Shown here piece after piece: positions 44,580 to 56,063 of a stretch of 64,000 bases of DNA. Every line of letters begins with the position of its first letter. Position 1 is the stretch's first letter. The stretch comes from Gammaproteobacteria bacterium (GTDB taxonomy: Bacteria > Pseudomonadota > Gammaproteobacteria > Ga0077536). The notes under the pieces were generated by a model. It worked only from the letters and a program-made list of their open reading frames with translations. It was not told the origin of the DNA and did not search any database. The stretch spans positions 96,001 through 160,000 of the forward strand of contig CAXXLL010000002.1 of NCBI GenBank assembly GCA_963662545.2, read 5' to 3'. The position numbers and the translations under genes are program-made.

Positions 44580-44599
44580 ACCTGTTAAAAACTTGACTA

Positions 44600-45421
44600 T
44601 TACACGTCGCGCAGTAAGGCGTTGATGCCGACCTTCGCGCGCGTCCCGGCGTCGACCCGCTTGACGATGACGGCGCAGTAGAGGCTGTGGCTGCCGTCCG
44701 CGGCCGGCAGATTTCCCGAGACGACAACGGATCCGGGCGGTACGAAGCCATGCGAGACGGCTCCCGATTCACGCTCGTAAATCTTCGTACTCTGACCGAT
44801 ATAAACGCCCATCGATATCACCGAACCCGCGCCGACGATGACGCCTTCGACGATTTCCGAGCGGGCGCCTATGAAGCAGCCGTCCTCGATAATGGTCGGT
44901 GCCGCCTGCAGCGGTTCGAGTACGCCGCCGATGCCGACGCCACCGGACAGGTGAACGTTTTTGCCGATCTGGGCGCAGGACCCGACGGTCGCCCAGGTGT
45001 CGACCATGGTGCCTGAATCGACGTAGGCACCGATATTGACGTAGCTAGGCATCAAAATGACGTTCGGCGCGATATAACAGCCGCGTCGCACCGTCGCCGG
45101 CGGTACGACGCGCACACCGATTTTTGCAAACTCCGAAGCACTCATGCCGTCAAACTTGACGTCGATCTTGTCGTAATAATTGCTGTGCCCGCCTGGCATC
45201 ACTCGGTTCGATGACAGCTTGAATGAGAGCAGCACAGCTTTTTTGACCCATTCGTTCACCCGCCATCCGTCGTCGGTCGGCTCAGCAACCCGCAACGAAC
45301 CGTCGTCGAGTTTGGCCAGGCATTCGTCGACTGCGTCGCGAATCGCCGGGCTGGCCGATTCAGCATTGAACTGATCGCGATTCTCAAACGCCTCGTCGAT
45401 GGCGCGCGCGAGGTCTGTCAT
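44600..45421 (-). CDS. dapD: Tetrahydrodipicolinate N-succinyltransferase
   Basis: [35 protein letters not shown]. Confidence 0.97.
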   Translation of the reverse strand: MTDLARAIDEAFENRDQFNAESASPAIRDAVDECLAKLDDGSLRVAEPTDDGWRVNEWVKKAVLLSFKLSSNRVMPGGHSNYYDKIDVKFDGMSASEFAKIGVRVVPPATVRRGCYIAPNVILMPSYVNIGAYVDSGTMVDTWATVGSCAQIGKNVHLSGGVGIGGVLEPLQAAPTIIEDGCFIGARSEIVEGVIVGAGSVISMGVYIGQSTKIYERESGAVSHGFVPPGSVVVSGNLPAADGSHSLYCAVIVKRVDAGTRAKVGINALLRDV

Positions 45422-45447
45422 GATCTGTCCTCCGCCTTGTGACTTAA

Positions 45448-45609
45448 GAAACCTCTGAAAAAGTCATGGCCCATCTGCCTTGCCCATGAAATCGCGGAGC
45501 CTTACATTACGAAGCTTGCCCATAGTCCCCGCTATGGCCTGCGATTCGTGCCTTGCTCTGCACGATTTCATGCACCATTCAGACGCACCATAACTTAATC
45601 AGAGGTTCC
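45448..45609. mobile_element. MITE family A, copy 4 (dapC-dapD), supplies the dapC stop codon
   Basis: GAAACCTCTG...CAGAGGTTCC, 162 bp; flanks TTAA/TCAA. Confidence 0.85.
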
Positions 45610-46798
45610 TCAAACTTTCGCGCATTCGAAGCGCGGCCTCTTCACAATCCTGAAGATCAGCCACCAGGGCGATCCTCAGCCGGTTCGCTCCGGGGTTTCC
45701 CGTCGCCGTCGCGCGGCCAAGGAAGCTTCCGGGCAAGGTCAATACGCCTACGTCGCGGAGCAGCTGTTCGCATGCCGTCAGGTCATCGATTTCGAGTTCC
45801 GGCCATAAGTAAAAGCCGGCCCTGGGGCGCTCGACACGGCTCACTTCGGCCAGGATTGGCAGTACGCGCTCGAATTTTCGTCGGTAAAGCAGGCGATTTT
45901 CGGTGACGTGATCCTCGTCGCTCCATGCTGCGATGCTCGCATGCTGCACAGGTATCGGCATGGCACTGCCATGATACGTTCGATAGCGGTAGAACGCCTC
46001 GATCAGGTTTACGTCGCCGGCGACGAAGCCGGAGCGCAGTCCCGGCGCGTTGGATCGCTTCGAGAGGCTATGCATTACCAGGCAGCGCTCGAACGTATCG
46101 CGCGCGTGGCGCGCGCAGAATTCGAGCAAGCCCAGCGGTGGATCGTCTTCATCGAGATAGAGTTCGCTATAGCACTCATCCGCGACGATGACAAAATCCC
46201 AGCGATCGGCCGCCGCCGTCAGTAATTCGTAATCCGCTTCATCCAATACGGCGCCCGATGGATTCCCCGGCGAGCATACGTAAACGAGCGCCGTTCGCTC
46301 CCACACAGCGGGCGTCACGGCGTTCCAGTCGGGTCGAAATCCGCGCGCGGCTGGACACGGCAAATAATGGGGCCTCGCACCTGCGAGCAGAGCCGCGCCC
46401 TCGTAGATCTGGTAGAACGGATTAGGTACCAGCACGGTATTCTTACGGCCCGATCTATCCACCACGCATTGTGCGATGGCGAACAGTGCCTCGCGCGTAC
46501 CATTCACGGGAAGAACGTGACGCTCGCCGGTCAACGCGCCGTCCGGGAGGTGAAAACGCCGGCGCGCCCATACGCCAATAGCCTCGCGCAGCTCCGGCAA
46601 TCCGCGCGTCGCGGGATAGCGGGCGGTCCCCGACAATGCGTCGATCAGCGCCTCGTGGATGAATGCGGGCGTCTGGTGCTGGGGTTCACCGAGAGAGAGA
46701 TTGATCAGCTTTCGATCGTCGGGTGGATTTATCCGGGCGCGGATTTCAGCAAGCCGTTCGAAGGGATAGGGTCGCAGTTCCTTTAGGCCTTGGTTCAT
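45599..46798 (-). CDS. dapC: Succinyldiaminopimelate transaminase
   Basis: PYPFE, PNPFYQIYEGA, SLSKRSNAPGLRSG, YRTYHG; upstream of dapD. Confidence 0.93.
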   Translation of the reverse strand: MNQGLKELRPYPFERLAEIRARINPPDDRKLINLSLGEPQHQTPAFIHEALIDALSGTARYPATRGLPELREAIGVWARRRFHLPDGALTGERHVLPVNGTREALFAIAQCVVDRSGRKNTVLVPNPFYQIYEGAALLAGARPHYLPCPAARGFRPDWNAVTPAVWERTALVYVCSPGNPSGAVLDEADYELLTAAADRWDFVIVADECYSELYLDEDDPPLGLLEFCARHARDTFERCLVMHSLSKRSNAPGLRSGFVAGDVNLIEAFYRYRTYHGSAMPIPVQHASIAAWSDEDHVTENRLLYRRKFERVLPILAEVSRVERPRAGFYLWPELEIDDLTACEQLLRDVGVLTLPGSFLGRATATGNPGANRLRIALVADLQDCEEAALRMRESLRNL

Positions 46799-46923
46799 CT
46801 GGCGACGGTGGCGGGATTTTACGGAGCGCGCAAGTATATCCGAAAGGCTGCTACGCTGAGGCTGGTTTGACGCCCCCTGGCTTTACTGTATTCTTGCGGC
46901 CTTTTTCGTAACGGGACGAAACC

Positions 46924-48009
46924 GTGGCACATAAAATCCTGTTACTCATGGGTGACGGCATCGGACCGGAAATCGTTGGCGCGGCCGAGCTGCTGCTGGG
47001 CGCCCTGGTCGAACGCTTCGGCCTGTCGTGCGAGATCGAACACGCCCTGATGGGCGGTTGCGCGATCGAAGCGCACGGCGATTCTCTGCCGGACGCAACC
47101 CTGAAGCTTGCACATGCCGCGGACGCGATATTGCTGGGCGCTGTCGGCGGACCACAATGGGACAAGGCCGAACGCTCGATCAGGCCGGAACGCGGGCTGC
47201 TGCGTCTGCGTTCGGAACTCGACCTGTTCTGCAACCTACGCCCAGCCGTCTTAATCGACTCGCTGGCCGAGGCGTCTACACTCAAGCCGGAGGTGGTCGC
47301 GGGTCTGGATTTGATGATCATTCGCGAACTAACCGGTGGGATCTATTTCGGAGAGCCCCGTGGTATCGACACCGATGCGGACGGCCGGCGGCGGGGGTAC
47401 AACACGCTCGTTTACACGGAAGACGAAATCGAACGCATCGCCCGCCTCGGATTCGAAGTGGCGCGCAAGCGTTCGTCCCGTCTGTGTTCGGTGGACAAGG
47501 CGAACGTGCTCGAGGTGACGGAACTGTGGCGCGATATCGTGCTCGGTCTAGCCGATGATTACCCCGACGTGGAATTGTCCCACATGTATGTCGACAATGC
47601 GGCAATGCAGTTAGTACGAGCACCGAAGCAGTTCGACGTCATCGTCACGACCAACTTGTTCGGCGATATCTTGTCGGACCTTGCGGCCATGTTGACGGGT
47701 TCCATCGGCATGTTGCCTTCCGCTTCACTCAACGCCGAGGACAAGGGATTGTTTGAACCGGTGCACGGCTCGGCGCCCGATATTGCGGGCAAGGGTCTGG
47801 CGAATCCGCTCGCGACGATTCTGTCGGTCGCGATGATGTTCCGCTATACGCTTGGCGAAGAGGCGTTGGCCGATAAAGTCGAAGCGGCGGTCACGGCCGT
47901 CCTCGCAGATGGCGTGCGCACCGCTGATATTGCACGCGACGGCGAACGGAGTGTCAGTACCGGACAGATGGCGCAGGCCGTGATCGAGGCCTTAGGAACC
48001 TCTGAATAA
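46924..48009 (+). CDS. leuB: 3-isopropylmalate dehydrogenase
   Basis: [39 protein letters not shown]. Confidence 0.97.
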   Translation: MAHKILLLMGDGIGPEIVGAAELLLGALVERFGLSCEIEHALMGGCAIEAHGDSLPDATLKLAHAADAILLGAVGGPQWDKAERSIRPERGLLRLRSELDLFCNLRPAVLIDSLAEASTLKPEVVAGLDLMIIRELTGGIYFGEPRGIDTDADGRRRGYNTLVYTEDEIERIARLGFEVARKRSSRLCSVDKANVLEVTELWRDIVLGLADDYPDVELSHMYVDNAAMQLVRAPKQFDVIVTTNLFGDILSDLAAMLTGSIGMLPSASLNAEDKGLFEPVHGSAPDIAGKGLANPLATILSVAMMFRYTLGEEALADKVEAAVTAVLADGVRTADIARDGERSVSTGQMAQAVIEALGTSE

Positions 48010-48156
48010 ATCATGGTGGGTCTGAATGGTTCATGCAATGGTGCAGATCAAGGCACGAAGCGCAGGCCATAGCGGGGACTATGGGCAAGGTTCGTAACAC
48101 CGAGCTGCGCGATTTCATGGGCAAGGCAGATGTGCCATGACTTATTTAGAGGTTCC
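47995..48156. mobile_element. MITE family A, copy 5 (inverted; leuB-asd), supplies the leuB stop codon
   Basis: Reverse orientation, 162 bp, exact CTTA target duplication. Confidence 0.88.
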
Positions 48157-48191
48157 CTTAAGGTAATCGATCCCAAAAAAGGGTGAGAGAG

Positions 48192-49214
48192 ATGACGAAA
48201 AGTTTCAAGGTCGCGGTCGTCGGCGCCACCGGAGCGGTCGGCGAAACGATGCTCTCGATCCTGGCTGAGCGCGCATTTCCGGTCAGCGAGGTCTACGCCG
48301 TCGCGAGCGCCCGTTCTGCCGGTTCCAGGGTCGCCTACGGCGGCCGTAATCTGGTGGTTCAGGATCTCGCCTCCTTCGACTTCGACGAGGTCGATATCGG
48401 CCTGTTTTCCCCCGGCGCCTCGGTGTCGAAAATCCACGCGCCGCGTGCGGCGGCGGCTGGCTGTGTGGTCATCGACAATACTTCAGAGTTCCGCTACGAC
48501 GAAGATATTCCGCTGGTCGTCCCGGAAGTCAATCCGGATGCTCTGGGGGGCTACCTGTCGCGCAATATCGTCGCGAATCCCAACTGTTCGACCATCCAGT
48601 TGGTGGTCGCGCTGAAGCCGATTTACGACGCGGTCGGCATCGAGCGCATCAACGTGTGTAGCTACCAGGCGGTTTCGGGCACCGGCAAGGACGCGATCGA
48701 AGAATTGGCCGTGCAGAGTGCAGCGCTGCTGAGCGCCCGCGAAGTGAGTTCTAACGTTTACCCAAAACAGATAGCTTTCAACTGCTTACCGCAAATCGAT
48801 ACGTTTGAGGAGAACGCCTATACCCGCGAGGAAATGAAGATCGTATGGGAGACTCGTAAGATCTTGGGTGACGCCGAGCTGCGGGTAAATCCTACCGCTG
48901 TCAGGGTTCCCGTCTTCTACGGGCACTCTGAAGCCATCCACATCGAAACGGGCGAGAAAATCAGCGCCGGCGAAGTCCGGGCGCTGTTGGAGAAGGCGCC
49001 CGGCGTAGTCGTTGTAGACCGCCACGAAGACGGCGGGTATCCGACCGCCGTCACCGAAGGAGCGAACCGGGACGAGGTTTTCGTCGGCCGTATCCGCGAA
49101 GACATATCATACCCGCGCGGAATCAACCTCTGGGTGGTCTCGGACAACGTTCGAAAAGGTGCCGCGCTCAATAGTATCCAGATCGCGGAAATGTTGGTGA
49201 AAAACCATTTATAA
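48192..49214 (+). CDS. asd: Aspartate-semialdehyde dehydrogenase
   Basis: GATGAVG, ANPNCSTIQ, RVPVFYGHSE, DNVRKGAALN. Confidence 0.96.
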   Translation: MTKSFKVAVVGATGAVGETMLSILAERAFPVSEVYAVASARSAGSRVAYGGRNLVVQDLASFDFDEVDIGLFSPGASVSKIHAPRAAAAGCVVIDNTSEFRYDEDIPLVVPEVNPDALGGYLSRNIVANPNCSTIQLVVALKPIYDAVGIERINVCSYQAVSGTGKDAIEELAVQSAALLSAREVSSNVYPKQIAFNCLPQIDTFEENAYTREEMKIVWETRKILGDAELRVNPTAVRVPVFYGHSEAIHIETGEKISAGEVRALLEKAPGVVVVDRHEDGGYPTAVTEGANRDEVFVGRIREDISYPRGINLWVVSDNVRKGAALNSIQIAEMLVKNHL

Positions 49215-49354
49215 GCTATAGTTAACAACCAATTATAAAGAATATTCGAAGGTACTAGAGGCATGCCTGCGAGAAGTGGGAGGGCCCGACATTTCGCGCG
49301 AGCGATCAACCCGATGCATTTCTATCGTCTGCCAATCGATTAAGGAACGACCTC

Positions 49355-52300
49355 ATGCTACGGATTCGAGCACTTGCGCTGATATTCTGCTGTTTGGCGA
49401 GCCCGTTCGCCTTCGGTCTGGGTCTCGGGCCGCTAAAATCCACCTCGGCCCTCAATGAACCGTTTGAGGGCCGCATCGAGATCATCGGCGCGAAGGCCGG
49501 AGATTTCGACACACTGACGATAGGGATCGCCGGACAGGAGCATTTCGAGCGCGCCGGTATCGAACGGCCGTCCGTGCTGTTGCAGTTGCGTTTCACCATC
49601 GATGATTCTGCTGCGGACACCAATTTCATTTCCGTTGCGTCGAAAGATCCGATACGCGAACCGTTTCTCAATTTCCTCCTGGAACTGAACTGGTCCAGCG
49701 GCCGACTGCTGCGCGAGTACACTGTGCTGCTGGATCCACCCCTCTACGATCCGAATCGACGTCGCGCAGCACCAGCCCCGGCCCCGAGTGCCGAGGAACC
49801 CGCACCGGCGGCCCCCGCCGAAGCGCCACCTGAATCCGACGAGGCGCCGGCACCAACGGCGAGTATTAGTGGGGAATACCTCACAGGAAGTGAAATCGGT
49901 CCGATGGTCGCGACCGATACATTGTGGTCAATAGCTTCGAACTATCGGCCCGACGAGTCCATTACCGTGCAGCAAATGATGCTTGCACTACTGCGTGACA
50001 ATCCCGCAGCGTTCGGCGAGGCAAACGTGAACCGGCTGTTGCGGGGCGCGATATTGCAGCTACCCGACGAGGCCAGTATGCGCTCGGTAACAGCCGCAGA
50101 AGCATTTGCCGAGGTCAAGCGTCAGCATCAGCTTTGGGAAGCTTACCGGCAAGAGATCGGCACGGCGCCGACGGCGCAGCCGCTTGGCGCACCGGCTGCC
50201 GCTTTGAGCGAAGCCGCAAGTACCGAATCCGAAGGCACCGATGCCCGCCTCGAACTCGTCGCCCCAGAAGGCACCGACGGTGGCGCAGCCCCGGGCACTG
50301 CGGACACGGATCAGGGCTCGGAGCTGCTACGTGAGGAGTTGGACGCAACCTCGCAAGCGAATCTCGAGTTGGACGAGAAGCTGACAGAGGCCGAAGAAAT
50401 CATCGACCTGCTGCAGCGGCAGGTGAACATCCAGGATGAAGACCTGGCGGCCTTGCAGGCACGGCTTGCTGAACTGGGCGTTGAACACGGAGACCTCGGC
50501 GCCGTCGATGAGCCGACGGAGTCCGAACCCGAAACGGTTGCGACGGTAGAACCGGAGATCGGGATAGAGACGGCAACGGAGCCCGAAGTCGACGCCGATG
50601 CCGAGCCGGAAGCAGAGATGGCGGCCGCGCCGGCAGACGCCGTCGAGGAAGATGTCGCCCAGGAAGATGCAGAGATAGGGGCGGAAGCGGACGTCGCGGA
50701 CGAACAGACCGTCGTCGACAGTGAAGCGGCCGAAGGCATTATCGAGGAAGAACCGGGGCCGTCGGCCGCGCCTGGATTTCCAGCGAATCTCATTCCCGAA
50801 TCGCTCGCGTCAAAGGTCCCCGGTGGGGCCTTGACAGTTTTGGGGATCGCCGCGTTGGTCATTCTCGGCTTGTTCGTCGGCGTAGTGCAGTTTCTGCTCA
50901 AATCGCGCTCGGGGCGCGACGAAGCGGAAGTGGTTGCCGTATCGGCATCGGCGATGGACGACGACATTGAAGAGACCGAAGACCCGATGATCACGGCGGC
51001 GACCGCCGTGGACGAGGATGACGCCTCCGAGGCGATCACTTCAGTGGACGATGTAGACGACGCGGCTGCGGACTTCGATCCCGACGCGACCGTCGAGGCG
51101 GAAGCGGAAGTCGAGGACGACTCGACGGTTGTTACGGCCGCCGAAGCAGCTGTTTCGGCGCCTGAAGAAAGTGAAGAAGACCCGCTCGAAGAGGTGAATG
51201 TCTATCTTGCATACGAGCGGTTCGACCAGGCGCAGGAACTGGTCGAAAGAGTCATCGCTGATCATCCGGATCGGCACGAATACAAACTTCGCCTGCTGGA
51301 AGTCTATTACTCTTCGAACGACAAGAGCGCGTACGAAGAAGCTGCCAGGAGTCTGCACGAAGGCGTAGGTGAGGCGGATCCGCTATGGGAGAGCGCAGTC
51401 GCGATGTGGTCCGAAATGTCACCCGAACGCGCCTTGTTCGAGGAAGGTGCGGAAGCGGCGGCACCGGCACCGGACACCGATGCAGCCAAGGCCTTTGTCG
51501 ATATTACCGGCGAGGACGAAGATCAATCTGCCACGGGCGATCAGACCGTGGCGCATGCGCCGGGCGGGGCCGACGACGGTGGTCTCGATTTCGATCTGGC
51601 TGCCGGCAAAGACAATGAAGCAGACGAGGGCATCCTCGATCTAACGGCTTCCGCCGGCGCAGATGACATGCTCGACCTGACCGTCACTGATACCGACGAG
51701 GAGGGTGGTGACGAAGAAATTCTGGACATTACCGATGCAGGCGCACCGGAAGCAGATGTGATCACCGATGATGATGTGCTCGATCTAACGGGCGGAGCCG
51801 ACGCTGACATTGAAGCAAGCGGCGGGGATGCCAGCGATCTCCTGGATGTAACCAAGACGGGAGACCTGACGTCCGTCGAAGATAACGATTTGCTCAACGT
51901 CACGGCGACTAGACTGAGTGCCGACGAGGAAGTGGACGACGCTACGGCCGATGCGGGTGAAGACGCCGGACTCGAAATAACAGATATCACTGCGGCAGAC
52001 GATTCCGGCGAGGCAGCGGACGCAGGATTGGACTTCGATATCAGTGATTCTGTGGCGCCGGCCTTCGAAATCAACACGGACGAGGAAGGCGGGGACATTC
52101 TCGATCTGAGCGACACCGGCGACATGGAAGATATTGCATCAGAAGCTGTGAGCGCCGAGGACGATCTGCTCGAGTTCGATATCGGCGGGCTCGATACTGA
52201 TATCGAGGTGACTGGCGCCGAAGACGATGCTGCTCCAAGCGGCCCCGATGGCGATGAAATGCCGACCGTCGATCTCGAATCGGCGCTCGAGTCCGTTCAG

Positions 52301-53122
52301 GAAGGCGGCGGCGCGGAAGAAGATGGCGATCTTGATTTCGACATCACGATGGATGCGGAGAGCGATGCCGGTGAACTCGGAATTTCCGCGACCGCCGATG
52401 CCAGCGAAGACGTTTCTGGCGACAGCGATCTCGATTTCGACATCACCATGGGCGAGGAAAACCTGTCGGATGGGCTCGATATTACAGGCGCCGACGACGG
52501 GGAAGGTGAGAGCCTGGAAATTACGATGGGTACGCCCGAGGAAACGCCGGCGGATGGAGAGATGTCGCTACAGGGGTCCGAACTCGATGAGATCGCGCTC
52601 GACGCCGGCGGTGATTTGAATGCCGAAGACGAAGATTTCGATTTTTCGCTCGAAGGCACTGCGGAAATGGACGGCATCGCGGCGGACGATACCTTGGATA
52701 TGGCGAGCGTGGGATCCGAGAATGAAGGAGAACTCGAAATCGATGAGGATGCATCGCTCGACGATTTGGCGATGGATCTGGATGCAGCCATCGACGACCC
52801 GTCTGGCGGCGAGCTTGATCTCGAGATCGAAGCCGTCGTCGAGGACGCGGGCGATGGACATCTGAAAACCGTCGCGCTCGATGCCGACGCACGGGCCGAC
52901 CTCGACGACGACGGCGAGAAAACCGTTGTCATGCCGATGTCCGACGATGTCGAACGTCAGAGCGATACCGATGAAGCAGACACCAAACTCAACCTCGCCA
53001 AGGCTTATATCGAACTCGGCGATACTGAAGGTGCTCGTTCAATATTGGACGAGGTTGCGAGCGACGGTAACGACGAGCAAAAAGCAGAAGCGAAAACTTT
53101 GCTCGATCAAATTTCCGGTTAG
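49355..53122 (+). CDS. fimV: FimV/HubP polar landmark protein
   Basis: LGLG...SALNEPF, LLREYTVLLDPP, LysM DTLWSIA, TM helix, acidic region, C-terminal TKLNLAKAYIELGD; asd-truA synteny. Confidence 0.93.
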   Translation: MLRIRALALIFCCLASPFAFGLGLGPLKSTSALNEPFEGRIEIIGAKAGDFDTLTIGIAGQEHFERAGIERPSVLLQLRFTIDDSAADTNFISVASKDPIREPFLNFLLELNWSSGRLLREYTVLLDPPLYDPNRRRAAPAPAPSAEEPAPAAPAEAPPESDEAPAPTASISGEYLTGSEIGPMVATDTLWSIASNYRPDESITVQQMMLALLRDNPAAFGEANVNRLLRGAILQLPDEASMRSVTAAEAFAEVKRQHQLWEAYRQEIGTAPTAQPLGAPAAALSEAASTESEGTDARLELVAPEGTDGGAAPGTADTDQGSELLREELDATSQANLELDEKLTEAEEIIDLLQRQVNIQDEDLAALQARLAELGVEHGDLGAVDEPTESEPETVATVEPEIGIETATEPEVDADAEPEAEMAAAPADAVEEDVAQEDAEIGAEADVADEQTVVDSEAAEGIIEEEPGPSAAPGFPANLIPESLASKVPGGALTVLGIAALVILGLFVGVVQFLLKSRSGRDEAEVVAVSASAMDDDIEETEDPMITAATAVDEDDASEAITSVDDVDDAAADFDPDATVEAEAEVEDDSTVVTAAEAAVSAPEESEEDPLEEVNVYLAYERFDQAQELVERVIADHPDRHEYKLRLLEVYYSSNDKSAYEEAARSLHEGVGEADPLWESAVAMWSEMSPERALFEEGAEAAAPAPDTDAAKAFVDITGEDEDQSATGDQTVAHAPGGADDGGLDFDLAAGKDNEADEGILDLTASAGADDMLDLTVTDTDEEGGDEEILDITDAGAPEADVITDDDVLDLTGGADADIEASGGDASDLLDVTKTGDLTSVEDNDLLNVTATRLSADEEVDDATADAGEDAGLEITDITAADDSGEAADAGLDFDISDSVAPAFEINTDEEGGDILDLSDTGDMEDIASEAVSAEDDLLEFDIGGLDTDIEVTGAEDDAAPSGPDGDEMPTVDLESALESVQEGGGAEEDGDLDFDITMDAESDAGELGISATADASEDVSGDSDLDFDITMGEENLSDGLDITGADDGEGESLEITMGTPEETPADGEMSLQGSELDEIALDAGGDLNAEDEDFDFSLEGTAEMDGIAADDTLDMASVGSENEGELEIDEDASLDDLAMDLDAAIDDPSGGELDLEIEAVVEDAGDGHLKTVALDADARADLDDDGEKTVVMPMSDDVERQSDTDEADTKLNLAKAYIELGDTEGARSILDEVASDGNDEQKAEAKTLLDQISG

Positions 53123-53193
53123 TCATCGGCAATCCAGCGTCGCGTGCGTCGAACCGCGGTGCGCGCTCGTCGCGGAAGTGTCCTAAGCTTCTC

Positions 53194-53982
53194 ATGCGTA
53201 TCGCTCTCGGGATCGAGTACGACGGCTCCGATTTCAGCGGCTGGCAAACGCAGTGCGGACAGCGCACGGTTCAGCCGCTTGTAGAGCGTGCGATTTCTAG
53301 CGTTGCTGATCATTCCGCCTCGATTCAATGTGCCGGTCGAACCGATGCCCGGGTGCACGCCAGTTATCAGGTGATCCATTTCGACACGCCGGCGCGCCGC
53401 AGCAACCGTTCGTGGGTGCTAGGTACCAACGTTAATCTTCCGTCCGACGTCAGCATTTTGTGGGCGTGCCCGGTATCCGACGGGTTTAACGCTCGTTTTT
53501 CCGCGATCAGCAGGACCTATGACTACATCATTAGTAATCGGTCGACCAGGCCGGGCCTCTGGCACGGCAAACTGACCTGGGAACACCGGCCACTCGACGT
53601 CGCGCGCATGGCGCAGGGCGCCGCGTACTGGCTTGGAGAGCACGATTTTTCCTCTTTTCGGGCGAGTGGGTGTCAAGCCAAAAACCCGGTGAGAACGGTC
53701 AATCGGTTCGAGGTCCACGCGTCGGGTGGACTCGTGTCGCTGAAGGTTGAAGCCAACGCGTTTCTTCAACATATGGTGCGCAATTTTGCCGGCGTCTTGA
53801 TGGAAATCGGGATGGGAAAACATGAGCCCGAATGGGCGAAGGAGGTTCTCGGGAAAAGGGATCGCGAATGCGGCGGTATAACGGCGCCACCCGACGGATT
53901 GTATCTGACAGCGATCCACTACCCGGCCGAATTCGCCTTGCCCCAGCCGGGATTGTTCAAACCGGTTTTCAGCGAAGTTTAG
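53194..53982 (+). CDS. truA: tRNA pseudouridine(38-40) synthase
   Basis: EYDGSDFSGWQ, AGRTD, HDFSSFR, NAFLQHMVRN. Confidence 0.97.
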   Translation: MRIALGIEYDGSDFSGWQTQCGQRTVQPLVERAISSVADHSASIQCAGRTDARVHASYQVIHFDTPARRSNRSWVLGTNVNLPSDVSILWACPVSDGFNARFSAISRTYDYIISNRSTRPGLWHGKLTWEHRPLDVARMAQGAAYWLGEHDFSSFRASGCQAKNPVRTVNRFEVHASGGLVSLKVEANAFLQHMVRNFAGVLMEIGMGKHEPEWAKEVLGKRDRECGGITAPPDGLYLTAIHYPAEFALPQPGLFKPVFSEV

Positions 53983-54116
53983 ATGGTCGCCACGGGCGTG
54001 GTGTATAAGATTTTGAGTTACACGGCGTTCTCCGGAGCTCATTCATTCAGTATAAACTGCGCTCCTCACAATCCGCGCTCCCCGAAAGCGCACCTCGTCT
54101 GATCGCCGCAGAGGAA

Positions 54117-54749
54117 ATGAGACCACTTTCAGTCAAAATAAAGTTTTGCGGCATTACCCGATTGGAAGATGCCGAAACAGCGGCGACGCTCGGTGCTGAT
54201 GCCATCGGGTTCGTATTTTATGAGAAAAGTCCGCGGTTCATCGATCCGGCCGCGGCAGCCGAGATTATTCGGCGATTACCGCCTTTCGTTTGCAAGGTGG
54301 GTTTGTTTGTCAACAGCGAAAAACACAGAGTGGAGAGCGTCGTCAGTGAAACGGGAATCGATTTGGTGCAGTACCATGGCGACGAAACGCCGGTTCAGTG
54401 TGAATCTGGATCCAAACCCTGGATGAAAGCGATTCGAGTCAGCGCGGAGATGGATATCGAAGCAGAGGCGGCGCGCTATGCTCATGCCAGCGCCATTTTC
54501 CTTGATGCGCACGACGCCGCGGTATACGGCGGTACCGGCCAGTGTTTCGACTGGCGCGTCATTCCGCGTAACCTGACGCGTCCGGTGATCCTCGCCGGGG
54601 GTCTGACGCCGGAGAACGTCTGTGAAGCCATTCGGATCGCGGCGCCCTATGGCGTCGACGTGAGCGGCGGAATCGAATCGTCAAAAGGAATCAAGGACCC
54701 CGTTAAAATGGAGAAATTTATTATCGAGGCGAGGCGTGTTGACCGCTGA
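54117..54749 (+). CDS. trpF: Phosphoribosylanthranilate isomerase
   Basis: [32 protein letters not shown]. Confidence 0.96.
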   Translation: MRPLSVKIKFCGITRLEDAETAATLGADAIGFVFYEKSPRFIDPAAAAEIIRRLPPFVCKVGLFVNSEKHRVESVVSETGIDLVQYHGDETPVQCESGSKPWMKAIRVSAEMDIEAEAARYAHASAIFLDAHDAAVYGGTGQCFDWRVIPRNLTRPVILAGGLTPENVCEAIRIAAPYGVDVSGGIESSKGIKDPVKMEKFIIEARRVDR

Positions 54750-55977
54750 GCTCGACGCGATCGTGAAAATGGGGCCGGGGGAGGAGACGTCCTGGCCCGA
54801 CGCCAACGGACACTTCGGCCCCTACGGTGGGCGATTTGTCGCCGAGACACTGATGCAACCGCTGGCGGAACTCGAGGCGGCATACCATCGCTATTTGTGC
54901 GACGAAGAATTCCTGCGCGAACTTGACGAGGATTTACGGTGTTACGTCGGACGGCCGTCTCCGCTGTATTTCGCCAAACGGTGGTCGCATGAAGTTGGCG
55001 GGGCCCGCATCTATTTAAAACGCGAAGATTTGAATCATACCGGCGCGCATAAGATCAACAATACCATCGGCCAGGCTCTGCTTGCACGGCGCATGGGCAA
55101 ACCGCGGGTCATCGCCGAGACGGGTGCCGGGCAGCACGGTGTTGCGACGGCAACCGTCGCGGCGCGCCTCCACATGAGTTGCTGTGTTTACATGGGTTCA
55201 GAGGACATTCAACGGCAGTCGACCAACGTCTTCCGCATGAAATTACTAGGTGCAGAGGTCGTCGCGGTGGATTCCGGATCACGCACTTTGAAGGACGCTC
55301 TCAACGAAGCGATGCGCGATTGGGTTAGCCATGTCGACGATACGTTCTACATTATCGGTACGGTTGCCGGGCCGCATCCCTATCCGGCGATGGTCCGCGA
55401 CTTCCAAACCGTCATCGGTCGCGAAACACGTGCACAATGTCTCGACTTGGAAGGCCGCTTACCGGACGCACTGGTTGCTTGCGTCGGCGGCGGATCGAAT
55501 GCGATCGGCATGTTCTACCCGTTCATCAACGACGCCGCAGTGCAGTTTTGGGGCGTCGAGGCCGGCGGAGACGGGCTCGAGAGCGGGCGCCACGCAGCCC
55601 CGCTGAGCGCCGGCAGACCTGGTGTGCTGCATGGCAACCGTACTTACCTGATGCAGGATGAGTGCGGACAGATCGAATTGACTCATTCGATATCCGCAGG
55701 GCTTGATTATCCGGGAGTCGGGCCGGAACATGCGTGGCTCAAGGATGAGGGAAGAGCGCGCTACGTCAGTGTCACAGACGAGGAGGCGCTCGCGGCATTC
55801 AGGCGCGTGACCCTGCTCGAGGGCATCATGCCGGCCTTGGAATCGAGCCACGCGCTGGCATACGCCGAAGGACTGGCGCGGAGAATGCAGACGGATGAGT
55901 TCATCGTCGTGAATCTGTCGGGTCGCGGCGACAAGGACATTCAAACCGTTGCGGACATCGACGGCATTACACTTTAA
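54736..55977 (+). CDS. trpB: Tryptophan synthase beta subunit
   Basis: [33 protein letters not shown]. Confidence 0.98.
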   Translation: MLTAELDAIVKMGPGEETSWPDANGHFGPYGGRFVAETLMQPLAELEAAYHRYLCDEEFLRELDEDLRCYVGRPSPLYFAKRWSHEVGGARIYLKREDLNHTGAHKINNTIGQALLARRMGKPRVIAETGAGQHGVATATVAARLHMSCCVYMGSEDIQRQSTNVFRMKLLGAEVVAVDSGSRTLKDALNEAMRDWVSHVDDTFYIIGTVAGPHPYPAMVRDFQTVIGRETRAQCLDLEGRLPDALVACVGGGSNAIGMFYPFINDAAVQFWGVEAGGDGLESGRHAAPLSAGRPGVLHGNRTYLMQDECGQIELTHSISAGLDYPGVGPEHAWLKDEGRARYVSVTDEEALAAFRRVTLLEGIMPALESSHALAYAEGLARRMQTDEFIVVNLSGRGDKDIQTVADIDGITL

Positions 55978-56020
55978 TTGGGAGTTGAAAACCGATTTCC
56001 TATCGTTTTTCAACAGCCTA
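55978..56020. repeat. Short hairpin repeat family C, copy 2 (inverted, degenerate)
   Basis: GTTGAAAACCGATTTCCTATCGTTTTTCAACAGCCT matches the reverse complement of 35047-35089. Confidence 0.6.
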
Positions 56021-56063
56021 CTAACCATTGGCGGCGCGTCGGAATGCGATCGAAAGCGATACG

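Noticed and set aside
51500-52900. Recurrent LDFDI/LDLT acidic motifs in fimV
   Set aside because: Low-complexity acidic repeats are typical of FimV/HubP cytoplasmic regions.
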